This document shows, one piece after another, positions 51,301-64,000 of a DNA stretch of 64,000 bases (positions within the stretch are counted from its first letter, which is position 1; each line of letters starts with the position of its first letter). Origin of the DNA: Lingula anatina (taxonomy: Eukaryota; Animalia; Brachiopoda); assembly GCA_051362555.1 (NCBI GenBank), contig CM120648.1, positions 16,240,587-16,304,586 of the forward strand, given 5' to 3'. The position numbers and the translations under genes were made by a program. The notes below the pieces were generated by a model, which was given only the letters and a program-made list of their open reading frames with translations, had not been told where the DNA came from and did no database searches.

Positions 51301-52762
51301 GTCGCTAAGTCTAACACGCTGGCTTGTACAATTTCCCCAATTTTCCAACTTCTTCTAGACGGCTACATAAATACCATGATGTTGTTGTCATTGAGCATTG
51401 TGATGGTATAAAATGGGAGTGTCTATAAAACCGAGCCTTTGATTGGTCAATGTAACCTACACCTCTCAAAACGCGCTGTTTTATTGGCTTGTTGTAAATT
51501 TGACCCCGTGACCTCGTTTCATGTCCACGGCATGATTATAGCACGTGTACAGAAACTTGACCTAATTTCAGTCAGCCAATCATGGAGTTACTGACCGAGA
51601 AACCATCGACAGGAACAAAAAGTACTGCATAATATATCAGTAATTTTCCGTCGATTTCTTGAAGAGCAAGCCTACATTTATAAAATAAAACGGGGCTCCG
51701 TGCAAATGTTTATTAATGTTCATGAAAGAAATGATTTGTATGAAATGAAAAGTTACGGAAAAAGTTCATATGTTGTTTTCACATGTTACAAAATATATTA
51801 CATGTACGTCAGAAAAAAATCACATATTACAGAAAAATTTTCCCTGCCCCGTGATGACAAAAATTTTGTTAACTAATACACATCAGAAAAATAAAGAGAC
51901 TGAACTCGAAAGCATACAAGGCAATGGAGTTTAAGAAAGATATGATACAATAGTAAGATAGATAATACAGATATGGGGGAGGGGGTCACCGCGGTGAATA
52001 GGGCAACATTTCCTATCCAGGAATCGGTAAAAAAAAATAAAATAAAATAAAAACGGGAATCACTCGCCTATTCCAGTAAGCATCGGATCTATAGTGATGA
52101 CATTTCTTTTAAATAGCGAAGGAGAAAACATTTAGTTTGCATAAAATTTGACAGCTATATATACATGTACATTGTAAATGTTTTCAATTTCGCTTCAGCT
52201 TGTCGAATGTAATGTGGAAATTTTGAATAAATGCATTTGTTATTGATATACACGTGTACTCAACCGAAAAAAAGTTTGTAAATATCGATATTTTGAATAA
52301 TTACATGTATATACATGTAGAATAACCGTATGTACAGTATGAGCCCATGCAGTTAACTATTTATTTTAAAATTGGTTGATAATGTATTAATTGATGGATA
52401 ATGCACTCACCATCCGTCTCTTTTTTTTTATTTATTTACGATGAGGATTTTCCCCAATACATTTTTTTTCTTTTGAAAAAAAAGTTTCTTTCCTATTTTA
52501 GGTTGACTTCAGTCTTATAGGGAAGCAATCAATTTCACTTCAGATTGGTTTAACTAGCTCAACTATAGCATTGGATGCTCACCTGGAAATTATGTTGTGT
52601 TTTCATCTGGTTTTCTAGAAAAATGAAAAGAACATATAATTCCAAAAATTGAATTTTTGACGGCAGCAAATATTTTCACTGAAATATTCCCTTTTTTTTT
52701 TAATCAGGCTGTTGCTGCTGAATGTACTTATTTTCAGTCCGTAAAACTAGGTCAACGCAAGC
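51301..52762. promoter_or_regulatory. Divergent promoter region between SLC25A36 and PPIH
   Basis: The start codons are 1.46 kb apart on opposite strands. Three CCAAT/ATTGG boxes (~51442, ~51483, ~51576) and a CACGTG (51542) lie near the carrier start. Confidence 0.55.
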
Positions 52763-53210
52763 ATGTCGGTCTCGGAGAAACCAAATCCTAACAACCCCGT
52801 TGTTTTCTTTGATATAACTGTCGGAAATACGGTGAGAATGTGAAATGTCAAATTAAAATCGTCCCAAACTAGATAAACAATGAGTTTAGAAAAGCTTGGC
52901 AACTTGATCGTTAAAAGTGGCACTCGAAAAAACGCGAGTTGAAAGTATTGACTGCATTGTTTATGTTCGAGAATAATAATTTGAATATTTGAATGCACCG
53001 ATGTAATGATGACCCGTCAGAGTAATAGTTTTTGTTTATTACAGGAAATTGGACGCGTTAAATTTGAGCTGTTTGCTGATGTTGTCCCCAAGACGGCTGA
53101 AAATTTCAGGTATAAAATACCGGTACCCCCATACACATTTGTTTCAATGTAACCATCTTAAACTTGGACAATTTATTTGTGAAACATGTTGAGGTATTTC
53201 AGTCCCACTA

Positions 53211-53266
<56 letters not shown>

Positions 53267-53956
53267 GGTTATTTTTCTGTGATGTACATGTTATAGTTAA
53301 TAATGAGCTGTTGCTGCAGATGACTTCTTATTGTTACAAAATAGAATTATGTATGTGCATTGTACTATTACCTGTATGTTATAACTTGGTACATGTAAAT
53401 AAGAAAATCTCCAAACCACTTCAGGCAGCTCTGTACAGGAGAGTATAGAAGGGATGGAGTCCCCATAGGATATAAAGGCTGCTCATTTCACAGGTACATA
53501 TCTCTTGTTACTTAACAGTTAAGTTAAATTTAAATTTAATGAAAGAAAATAAAGTGCTTGAGGTTATTATTTGTAATTATTATTTTGCCAAAGTTATCAT
53601 TGTTTTTTCTCAAGATGTTTATTGGGCTAAAATTATACATCTGTTTAGTCCAAAGAAGTAGATTACTCAACTAATATTCAAGTATTTTCAGTTATCACAC
53701 TGCATCAGTAAGGAGAATTTTTAAAATATAATGTAATTTTTTTAATATATTTTCAGAGTAATCAAAGATTTCATGGTGCAAGGAGGAGACTTCGTAAATG
53801 TAAGTACTAGTATGGAAATACCCACAGTACATGTGGGTTTTTAATTTTCAGGTTCTGTTCACAACCAAGTTGAGCTGGGCCTAACTGAGCCACAGCTCAA
53901 ATATGGGGTGACACTTTTGAAAGCATGGGATTAATAATAATAACAACAAAAACTAC

Positions 53957-53999
<43 letters not shown>

Positions 54000-56094
54000 A
54001 ATCTAATCATATTCAGTATTAATATTATTATTATAAAGATTGTAGTATTTAATGGAACATTATTACATCTGTTTCAGGGAGATGGTACGGGTGTATGTAG
54101 CATCTATGGCAGCTCATTTGCAGATGAAAACTTCAAATTAAAACACGTAGGGGCAGGTTATTTATCAATGGTAGGTTAAACATCACTTAAGGCTGCATAC
54201 TTTCTAAGGCACTATTCAGAATGGATGATCCGAGTACGTACTGATCTGCCGACTTAATATGGCATCACAGTTCAAAAGTAATGCCATTGGTTCCACACAC
54301 GGCGTCGCTGCAGGGGTCTAGCAATGAAACCTTGGAGCAGCGATTTAATCCATTTAAAGGCACATGTGGAGATGGGGTGACCATCAGGAATCAGCGGCAT
54401 CACTTTTGAACTGTGGTTGGCCATATTTAGTCAGTGGATCAGTAAGTGGATCATCTATTCTGAATAGAGCCTAAGGCCCCATTCCAACAGACACCATTGG
54501 TCTACATAGATAAGCTCAACTGTGCAGGACTCACTGTGTGCAATCAGCCTAAAGGGATAATAACTCTTCGTATGAGATCTATATTTCACAATAAAAACAC
54601 TATAAACAACTCATACAAATATTATATATTCTGTTTTACCACAAAAACAGCAGTTATAGCTATTATTCTGATATCTGAGCTTGTCTTCAGACCACGTGAC
54701 CTCCATTGATGGCTATACTATGTTATAATCTCTTCAGAGATTTTAACAAAAAACCAAACTTTTTAGGAAAAAAAACAACAAAAAAAAAAAAAAAAAAACA
54801 GGGACTAACGTTGAATGTAGAAATGGATTCATTAACCATTGGTTAGTATGGGAAAATTGTTGTTTACTCCAGGAAAATTAATTTTTTAGCCAAAACGAAG
54901 AGTTATTATCCCTTTAACTGAATGACATGCCTCCTCCTTGCATTGAGTAGAATATAGAAGAGCTGGTGATTGTAGGAGTAAATTGGAAATAAGAGGAGGT
55001 GTGTCATTCAGTTAAGCTGATTGCACTCAGCGAGAGTCCCCGTCGAGGTTGGTTGATGACAGATGGTGTGTGTAGGTATGGGAACTAAGTTAAGCTTTTG
55101 CAGTATATAGTTTATTATTTGGTCACTACAGGACTGTGCTCTTCACATGTGTCTATTCATTGAGAATATAAAAAATAACTGATTTGAAAAATTTTGAATG
55201 TAACAGGACTTTCTATTTCTTGTTTGCTGTATAAAGAAAATATTCTCAATACATGTGTCTACTTATTGTGATCTTTACAAACTGATTAAAATAATTTTGA
55301 ATTTGACAGGACATTTCTTTCATTGAACGCCTTTCATTGTGTGCTGTATAAACAAAATATTCTCAGTTTAGGTGAAATGACATTTTTAAGATGAGACTAA
55401 AACTTATGTGAGATTTAATTATCAAAAATGAACCATATTTGTGAATATAATGAATTACATTTTTTTTTTTTTTTTTTTTTTTTTTTGTCTTCAGGCAAAC
55501 AGTGGCACAGACACCAATGGCTGTCAGTTTTTTATCACCTGTACCAAGTGTGACTTTTTGGATGGAAAACATGTTGTATTTGGTAGGTTTTTTTTTCTTA
55601 ATCAATATGCAAATTTCAGGACATGATTATTTCTTTCAGTTTGTTTCTAAATGCTGCTTTAGAAGGGACATATTCATTGTTAAGGACACAATTAATCTTT
55701 GGCTTTTACTCAAATTGTAAGAACATTTGAAAGGAACTTTGTTTCATTCCTTAGAAGCAGTTTTTGGTTTAGATTGATAAAAAACATAACCCCTCATAAT
55801 TTTACAAGGAAGGATTTCTTCGAAGAAAACACCACCTGCAGAAGTGGTTCATAAAAAATATTAATTTACTTTGTCTTATAACTCTTCAAGCCTAGTTTTG
55901 CTTAATTTTTTTTTTTTTTTTTTTTTGTTATTTTTTGTTTCCTATTTTTTTGTGCATAAAAAATATTTCTCACTTTCATTGTAGGTAGAATAATTGATGG
56001 ACTTCTTGTACTAAGAAAGATAGAGAATGTCCCCACGGGACCAAACAACAAGCCTAAAATTCCAGTTCAAATTTCTCAATGTGGAGAAATGTGA
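52763..56094 (+). CDS. PPIH: Peptidyl-prolyl cis-trans isomerase H (cyclophilin H, U4/U6 snRNP-associated), 178 aa
   Basis: Exons 52763-52831, 53045-53109, 53425-53493, 53757-53799, 54078-54170, 55495-55582, 55985-56094 total 537 nt. Diagnostic peptides: [77 protein letters not shown]. Confidence 0.96.
54208..54471. mobile_element. Palindromic PIF/Harbinger-type MITE, family B
   Basis: TAA|GGCACTATTCAGAAT...ATTCTGAATAGAGCC|TAA with inverted symmetry along most of its length. Confidence 0.85.
54475..55087. mobile_element. Family A-related palindromic MITE carrying a nested TTAA element (54553-54913)
   Basis: The intact right arm (gtgtcattcagttaagctgattgcac) predicts an empty site aatcagcTTAActgaatgac, exactly where the nested element sits (flanks CTAA and TTAA). 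Confidence 0.8.
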
Positions 56095-58205
56095 GGGAGT
56101 TACAAGAGACAGTGGAGTGTTTTAATTAGATCAGTGACCCATATACAGATCTTTGTAGGTCAGTGACCCATATAGATGTATATCTAGGTCATTGTGAAGG
56201 CCGGTCATTCCCAGAAAGGGGTGACTATTCACAGCTTGGGACAGAGCTGAGTAAATTCATTTCAGCATCAGCAGGCAATTGACTCAGAGCTGTAAAATGT
56301 GAAATGGACAGTAGTTGCAGAAATACCGTAGCTTCAAGTGTCAAAACTAAAAGGTAGCTATGGACTCTGCAGGAGTTAGCTGGATTTAATGCAATGTGAA
56401 TTAGATGAGACAGTGATGGAAGCATTCAATGACTGTGGAACCTTATTAGAAATTTTATAGAAAATAAAAATTTTGAAAAGAATATGATGCTTGCTTACAG
56501 TGTTGTGTATATGCTTTGCTTATAAATTGATGGTAGTTTTGAAATCTTGTTATGGGTAGCCTGTGTCACAAGATGTTTTTTTTTTTTTTTACACAAATCT
56601 CCTGAAACATATCCTGCTTGCTTGGATAATGCCGTTTCTTCCATTGCATGTTGCCATAAGCTCTTTAGTGTACGTCAGTTACAATCACGGATAAACCTCT
56701 CATTAAGAAAATTGGATCGAATATCCTTGAGCTGAATTACTTGGTCACTGTCCAATATAAAGTCGTAATGATACCCTACTTGATAGAAAGTAAGACATTC
56801 CCACCCGCAGGTTTGCAGATTGATTTTTCAAGATATTCACAAAATGATATTTGCCCGGCTAATTCATTTTTTCTACTGTGTCTAGCGCGAATTTTGGCAT
56901 GAGATTAACTTTCAATTCAATTCAATTTATTTCTGTACTGGTACACAGATTGTCATGACCTTGTACAATATGATATACAAATGACGATACAATACAGTTA
57001 GTGCATTACCATCTTTATATAATGAACATAAGTACTAGTAAAATTACTCATAAAATATTCTATCTAAGCAATGAGATAAACCTTGGTGTGATTATAAATT
57101 TACTATAAACATACTATAAACATGTTACACAAAAAGAATATGTTTTAAAAAAACTTAAAACCACCCTTACATAGCTGTTTACATGGCTGTTCAAGGCCAG
57201 TTTGATGACATTGATAATTACGATTAATGACAATTACATAAGATAGATAAGTAAATAAGTTACACAGATATAAATATTATATCTGTATTATAATATAATA
57301 AATATTGTATTAATTTCGTCACACAGCTGCTCTTTAATAACAAGCATCTATCTCACATATGATACTTTGGTTAACGGCTATGCGTGCTGTTATCAAACGA
57401 GCACTGTTAATTTTAACTAAACTAGGAAAATTCTTATCTGGCTGAGGAAAATATTCTGCCCAGGTAGTTTCTCTAGGTAACGTGAATTGCATTTTATGTG
57501 AAATGGGCAACTAGCGTAAATTACCAGATATTTAGTTGAGAACACAACTATAAGACGGTGGTTTCAGAGGGAGATGAAACCTCTTATTAATAACAACTCT
57601 TGTTTGAAAAACCTAACTGTTAAATGGAAAAAAATATATTCCAATTTCTCCTCCGTAAAACTCAGAAGTTCGACCAAATCGCACCAGTTTTCCACGTTCT
57701 TCATTGACTACCCGGGTCTAGGTGGCCAATCTGTAAGATATTACCCTTGACTTTTAAAAAGGGCGACCGCCCGTTAAAAGCGAACCATATGATAGAACTT
57801 TTGACTCCCTAGAGAACTCTTTCATCCAGTGGTCAATTTCAACTTACACGAAATAATACAAAAAAATACTTAAAACATATGGTCAGTGGAGTTTGAGACT
57901 GCTGCCCCAATTTTATAGTGCGAGTATCATTAATAAATTAATTAATAAATTATAATGAGTATCATTAATAAAATAATCTTTTAATGCATTTTTAGTTTAT
58001 TTTACTTTTATATTATTTTTTAATTTATCTGTGTTTTTATCTACATATCTTAACAGTGCTGAGACGCATACGAGGCGCGGTTTTAAAACATGGATTACTG
58101 ATTATATTTATTAAAGAGTTATATTAACTTAATTCTCATTATTCATTAATTGATTAACCCTCACCATGAATGTATCCTATCATTTTTTTACCTAACCTGA
58201 CCTAT

Positions 58206-58244
<39 letters not shown>

Positions 58245-59489
58245 TCTTCCTGCTCAGGACGAAAGAAATAAAATGTACGGAATAAATCTAACACACGTAA
58301 AAAAATTAAATCATTCTTAAATATGGCCAGGTTAAAATATTACACAACTTTATCGCGATAACGAGACACATCTAACTAGACCTAAATGCAGCTACTTATA
58401 ATTGTGTCAACTAATGACTGTGTTTTAGCAAGTAAAAACGAAGAAGGACTAAAATATTTGTCAAAGTACGTAAGGGACCAGCCAAAGAGACCAGTGTGAG
58501 GCAAAATAACTACAATGGATAAATGCTTTGTTAATGTTTTAACAATGTGCAGTTTAGTTAATAACATATATTTTCAGACATAGATTTTAAAACTAACATG
58601 ACTTTATAAGAGATAAAATTAATCCATTTATAATTCCTAAATGTCTGTGACTTGGTATTTCAATCTTTCCTAGGCGGATTTAAGAACTGCCTAGAGTTCA
58701 GTCTTGCCTAGGCGGATTTAAAATCTGCCTGGAGTTCAGTCTTGCCTATGGCACATAAATCTTTATGCAAATTACAGCTCATTTTAAGCATTAATTTCTT
58801 CTACTGTAGAAGTTATAAAAAATTTGACATCTTTCTTTTTCTTCTACTTTGGTCTATAGGTTAACGTCAGCTAGGGGACTATTTTGGCAAGTGGCAGAAG
58901 AGAAAGAAGTGGAAAGAATTGTGGAAAAACTGTATAAAAAAGTAGCGGAAGTTATGATTCCTATTAGAATATAGTAACTTCATCAGCAAGTCTTTTCTAA
59001 CCTCACTGATCTTTCCTGTTGAGACGTGGGCTGGCAGTTTACAGTTTGTTGTATATTAGAATAACAGGATGTCATTGTTTTTCCATGTTTCCTTCTTAAA
59101 ACTATGTTTTGGTCACATTAATCATGTTTGCTTATGAACTGATGTAGAGCATGGAAAAATATGTCATAAAGTTTCCTGACTGTTCGGGTGCGCTCACATT
59201 AAACTATCGTGCTCGGTAGTTCGAACCAACTTCGCGGGAACTGCTGGTCGAACGCAATCAGATTAGTAGATTAACACTTCCATTGTGATCTCGCCCTTTC
59301 TCTCATTAAGACGGGATTTGTTCAAATTCAGTCCTGCGTGACCCTAAGGCGTTTATCAGATGCAGGATTATTTACACTAATTGCCCTGGTATAAAATATT
59401 CCCAAGCTAGTTCAGCGCTAATTAATGGCTGCGTTAATTATAAGGGAATTAGAAAGAATTCCGCGCTGACGCAGCAGCGATGATTGCTA

Positions 59490-59760
59490 CTTTTTTATTT
59501 ATTATTTTTTTTAAACTTTACTTATTTAAAGAGGGTAAACATGTTAAGCGTAAGCTTATCTTCTACATTGCCCTCTGTTACCAGTCATTCAACACTGGCA
59601 TTGTCCCCTACTTCAACCTCTAATATATGCTGAGTGCTAAGCAAGGAGACAGTAGGTACCATTTTTATGATGGTCTTTGGTGTCACCCGGCTGGGGATTG
59701 AACCCACAACCTACTGCACCGGAGGTGAACACTCTACTCAGTACCATTTGAGCCATCCGG
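59490..59760 (-). mobile_element. tRNA-derived SINE (MetaSINE-like core)
   Basis: A-box-like TGGCTCAAATGG and B-box GGTTCAATCC, then ACCAAAGAC...AAAAATGGTACCTACTGTCTCCTTGCTTAGCACTCAGCAT, which resembles the Meta domain as I recall it, and an A-rich tail. Confidence 0.75.
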
Positions 59761-60131
59761 TATCGTCGCTATATCACCAATGCACGGGACTCGACTTTAT
59801 TCTGCCACCTTAAGCAGAAGCAACATAAATAAATAAATATTCCTACTTTTCGGACTTTGTCCTCTTATTAAAAAAAAATATAATATTAAAATAAAACAAT
59901 GAAGACCGAACGTAAGAGAGGCGATGACATGCAGTCAAAACACACGCGCTCGGTTTATTAGTTGTTTATCATATTTGTCGAGTTCATTATTTTCATGGTT
60001 TCAGCATCTTCAACTTTGTGCCATCCTATTTAAAACGTGGAATTGCACAAAATTCGTTTAAGAGAAAGCCTATGCTGCAACAGTGTAGCGAAAAACCTCT
60101 ATAGCTGCAATAAGAACAGTGGACAAACTAG

Positions 60132-60234
60132 TCAGATCGCATTTCGGAGTATTAGTCAGAACACCGACAGGATGAGCCCGCGGTCGTCCTACAAAATTTG
60201 TTCTGGGGTATGATACTCCGAAATGCGATCTGAC
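60132..60234. repeat. Short inverted repeat / mini-MITE
   Basis: gtcagatcgcatttcggagtat ... atactccgaaatgcgatctgac, perfect 22-bp arms. Confidence 0.75.
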
Positions 60235-60830
60235 ACACACCTTGAAAACGGGTAGTGTGGTCTGATATACCGGTTAATTCAGGATCCTAATGTGCCAAGT
60301 CTGGTAGTTGGGTAAGCCTGGGTATCTCTGCCAGTTTTGAAGATATAAGGGCCTGAAATTTGCAAAGTCCTGTTTATGGTCAAAGGTTACATTCAAGGTC
60401 ACAGTAAGATTGCCGATATATGACTTTCTATTCAAGTGTCAAAAGTATCTATTGGTGTGTCTCTGCTAGTTTTTGAGTATTTTGCATTTTATTTTGAAAA
60501 TAAAAAAAAAAGTATGTAGCATCGTGATATTGTATTTTGCAAAAATTGGGCAACTCCTAAACTGCATGGAAAACAAAAAATCAAAGAAAAAAGAATTGGA
60601 CACCACGGAACCCTGTATAGTGTTGCGCTTGACAAGAATATCGTCGGGGGCCATGATCACCCATTTATGTTTCAGTAAGAGAATGCTATTCCACGTACAG
60701 CCAACGCAACAGTAGGCTGGTTAGATGCGAACTGGACCCAGACCCCCCCCAGTGGCCGGCTCAATCACTAGACCAAATCCTCCTTAAGAATGTGTATGGT
60801 ATCCTTGAAAATGGATAACTGAGGGATAAC

Positions 60831-60877
<47 letters not shown>

Positions 60878-61402
60878 AATGATCTCATTCTTTCTTTGTA
60901 CCCTGTGTGCAAGCAATCATTGCAACAAACGACACAGATCTTTTCGACTCCACGCACAGACGCGACAGGTGCGTTCTCCAATCCATAAGATACTGTACAA
61001 ATTGCTCAAATGTGGCTGTGATTTTTTTTTACTACGGTTAGTTTATTCTTCGGTTGTACAATCAGTAAATTTTCTTGAAAAAGTCCCTTTACAAGTTGAA
61101 TAACAATGATTCATAACATGATTTTCTGTAACACTTTACGCATTGCATAAGGGGTGACACGTGTTCGTAGAGGAGTGTATAGACACGTGCAACACTTGTG
61201 TGACGTCTTTTTTATAAAACCTGACAGATTTTCTGGTCACCAATCCCAAAAGTCAGAGTGAAGCTTAAGTCGGACGTCACACGCCTGTCATCTACATGGT
61301 ATAAATGCGTTTCACCAGTAAGACAAATCCAGACTGCTCCAGCTTGTGAACGACTTTGTGGCGCTTTCCTCTGCTCTGTAATCTTGTTGAGTTGTAAAAG
61401 CC

Positions 61403-62536
61403 ATGTCGAATACGACTGAGATGTCGGTCAATGGCAGCTCACTGTTTGAAAAAGACGAAAAGAAAGAGGATATTCCTGATTTGGCTTTCATCAATCTGTT
61501 TTATTTCGTTTTTGGTGGAATCGGGTTTTCTCTCGTTTGTGTGGTTGGCTTTAGTCTGAATTTTCTTTCAGTGGTTGTATTTTCACGTTTCGAGAAAAGG
61601 ACCCCGACTGTATTCCTGCTGATATGCTTAGCAGTGGCCGATAATGTTAACCTTTTAATGACGCTCTTTGACTTCAGTTTCCCGGCCATGTACCCGTATA
61701 CAGGGTGGTTCGAAAAATACTTCTTTTCCCGGATGAAACACTTAAGGCTTCTGTATGGGTTGAAATATTCCCTCTTCATGATCCCACCCTGGTTAGTAGT
61801 TCTCGTTACCTCCGACCGTTATTTGCACCTTTGTTCTAAGAACGCCCTTCGAAGTGGAGCAACGGCAAGCATTAAAGTTTGGGCGTTAAGAGTTGGTGGC
61901 GTCGTGATTTTTGCCTTTCTCACCGATGTTCCGCGGTATTTCTTTGGGTCACTGCCAGAGCGTCCTTGTCCCTTGAACACAACGTCTCCAGTTTTTTGCC
62001 TCGGCGCCCCATTACCGGTTTCAGAATACCACAAAGTGTATACTGTTTTTTCTTACATTTTTGTGCACTTTCTGGCTCCTTTCATCATCGTCTTGGTTCT
62101 GAATGCCAAGATGGCTCACTACATGAGGGTTCTCGCCAAGAACCCGACCATGATTGCCATGCACAAGTTTGGCGTTCATCGTACTTTGATAAAAATGACT
62201 GTGATCATCGCTATTACCACTTTGGCCGCCTCCTTAACTGTGGCTCTCTCTAGTCTCTTTGGACTCTTTGGAAATCAGGGCCCTGGTGAACTTCGAGGCA
62301 TGGTTTTCGTATACCCAGTAATAATAATGGTCTGTACACTAAGCTCATGCGTTAATTTCTTCATTTACGGTCTTTTTGGGAAACAATTCAGACGCACTTT
62401 GAAGTCGTTATGTTGCCACCGAAAGCCGAAAAAAGAAGGACAAGCTGCTCACGCTGAGGCAGAACGCAACAGAAATGCAGAGCCAGAAGGGTCAAAGCCA
62501 GGAGTGTCAGCTATCTCCACCATAGGTTCTGCTTGA
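61403..62536 (+). CDS. Intronless rhodopsin-class GPCR, FMRFamide/sex-peptide-receptor-like family, 377 aa
   Basis: Seven hydrophobic segments, N-terminal glycosylation sequons (NTT, NGS), TM2 LAVAD, TM3 SDRY, TM5 P...LN and TM7 NFFIY...FR. TATA-like TATAAAT at ~61300 and CRE-like TGACGTC/GACGTCA at ~61201 and ~61273. Confidence 0.9.
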   Translation: MSNTTEMSVNGSSLFEKDEKKEDIPDLAFINLFYFVFGGIGFSLVCVVGFSLNFLSVVVFSRFEKRTPTVFLLICLAVADNVNLLMTLFDFSFPAMYPYTGWFEKYFFSRMKHLRLLYGLKYSLFMIPPWLVVLVTSDRYLHLCSKNALRSGATASIKVWALRVGGVVIFAFLTDVPRYFFGSLPERPCPLNTTSPVFCLGAPLPVSEYHKVYTVFSYIFVHFLAPFIIVLVLNAKMAHYMRVLAKNPTMIAMHKFGVHRTLIKMTVIIAITTLAASLTVALSSLFGLFGNQGPGELRGMVFVYPVIIMVCTLSSCVNFFIYGLFGKQFRRTLKSLCCHRKPKKEGQAAHAEAERNRNAEPEGSKPGVSAISTIGSA

Positions 62537-62698
62537 GCAGGAGAGACGAGTCCTTCATTACAAGGTAAATGACCAATATTTGTTTGCGTTTGACTATTAT
62601 TATAATTATTATTATTATTATTATTGCTGTTGTTGTTGTTATTGTTATTGTTATTATTAAATAGGCTGCACAACGCAAAGTAGCAAATACTGTAACTG

Positions 62699-62765
<67 letters not shown>

Positions 62766-64000
62766 AAAGGCCCAGACCAAATCTAGTCCAATGCATAAGA
62801 AGCCCAGATCCCCTGTTAATTACGCCCTGGCTGGGCCCAGTCTTTATGGTGTATTTACATTATTAACAGCACAATGGGCAAGTTAATTGACCTATTAAAT
62901 TGGCCAAGCTGCCAGTTTGTTTGTATGGCATGTGCAGGGGATGTCTTAGATCAAGGCATATATTATGATACTTACAGGTGTGGAAAATGAGATATAGTTG
63001 CATTTCGTTACCTGTGATTTGTATCCATTTTTGATTGATTCTTTAAAATAAGAATACAAATCTGAGATATAAGTTACTCACAGAAGGTAACACTCAAAAT
63101 ACTGTGAAATGGTCCATCATAAAGACTTTGTTCCAGAAATTTGAACAATTTGTAGTTTAAAATAATGATTGAGTGTTACTTAAAATAGTTACAAAAAAGA
63201 GCCTGCTATTGATAAGCAGGAACTGTAGTGCCAGCCTCAACCCTAATTAGACATTTAGTGAAGTGATCAATGATGTAAAATCACATTCCAAATTGTATTC
63301 TAATGAATCGACTTTATCAGTGTTCCAAACTGGCATAGGTTATTATGTAAATAAAAATTTATTATAACTTTAGGGATTTTTTTTATATAGCTGTGCCTGC
63401 AAATAGAGTAAAGTTTTGCTATTAATCCACACTTTTCTTTGTAATTTATCCTTAAGAAAGTGCAAATATTTTCCCAAAAGGTCAACAAAACATTAAAGGG
63501 CAGACTTTTTCCTATAATCAGTATAAAATCTTGATAATTAAAATAACACACTAACAAATGGAGCCCACCTTTAATTTAACATTTCTATAATAAATGTTAC
63601 TAAATCAGTCTAAGCGCCTTTTCTTTACAAATTAAACATCTTTACAAGTATCATCCTCAGATGTATTTTACAAATCAAAGATAATGAAATACAACTATAT
63701 CTCATTTGCCAGACCTGTAAGTATCATAACATGTGCCTTTATCTAAGACATCCCCTGCACATGCCATACAAACAAACTGGCAGCAATTAACTTGTCCATC
63801 ATGCTGTTAACAATGCAAAGACACCATAAAGACCGAGCCAAGCCAGAGCGTAATTAACCTGGGGTCTCCAGGGTTTCTTATGCATACCCGCAAGAAAACG
63901 CAGTAGATACTTCAGCGCAGTAGACTACTGCAATCATACTGCAAACATGCTTCAAATCTGCTTCGATTGGGGAGCTAATTAGCATATTTGAAACATGCTT

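Noticed and set aside
59660-59760. tRNA gene
   Set aside because: A and B boxes are present but there is no complete cloverleaf, and the sequence continues into a SINE core and tail.

Overview
AT-rich, intron-rich animal genomic DNA, most likely a lophotrochozoan invertebrate (inferred from the hillarin-type gene, the NFFIY-type peptide GPCR and the repeat families; the species cannot be determined). Six protein-coding genes were reconstructed by hand from splice signals and reading frame. Minus strand: the 5' part of a hillarin-like LIM/coiled-coil gene that runs off the window start; a complete ARMC9 (21 coding exons); an iodothyronine deiodinase selenoprotein with an unspliced CDS, an in-frame TGA and a well-formed SECIS about 1.4 kb downstream; and a SLC25A36/33 pyrimidine nucleotide carrier. 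Plus strand: cyclophilin H (PPIH), head-to-head with the carrier, and an intronless FMRFamide-receptor-like GPCR. The most unusual structure is inside ARMC9: three different exons have their 3' end plus 5' splice site amplified into head-to-tail arrays (23 x 79 bp, 5 x 56 bp, and a decayed ~6 x 47-56 bp). This creates about 31 extra donor sites, and use of any of them would introduce a premature stop. ARMC9 also has a U12-type intron and two candidate frame-preserving cassette exons (18 and 51 nt). Introns and intergenic DNA carry many MITEs (some nested), a Helentron/HINE-like element inside a ~1 kb tandem duplication, a tRNA-derived SINE and microsatellites.
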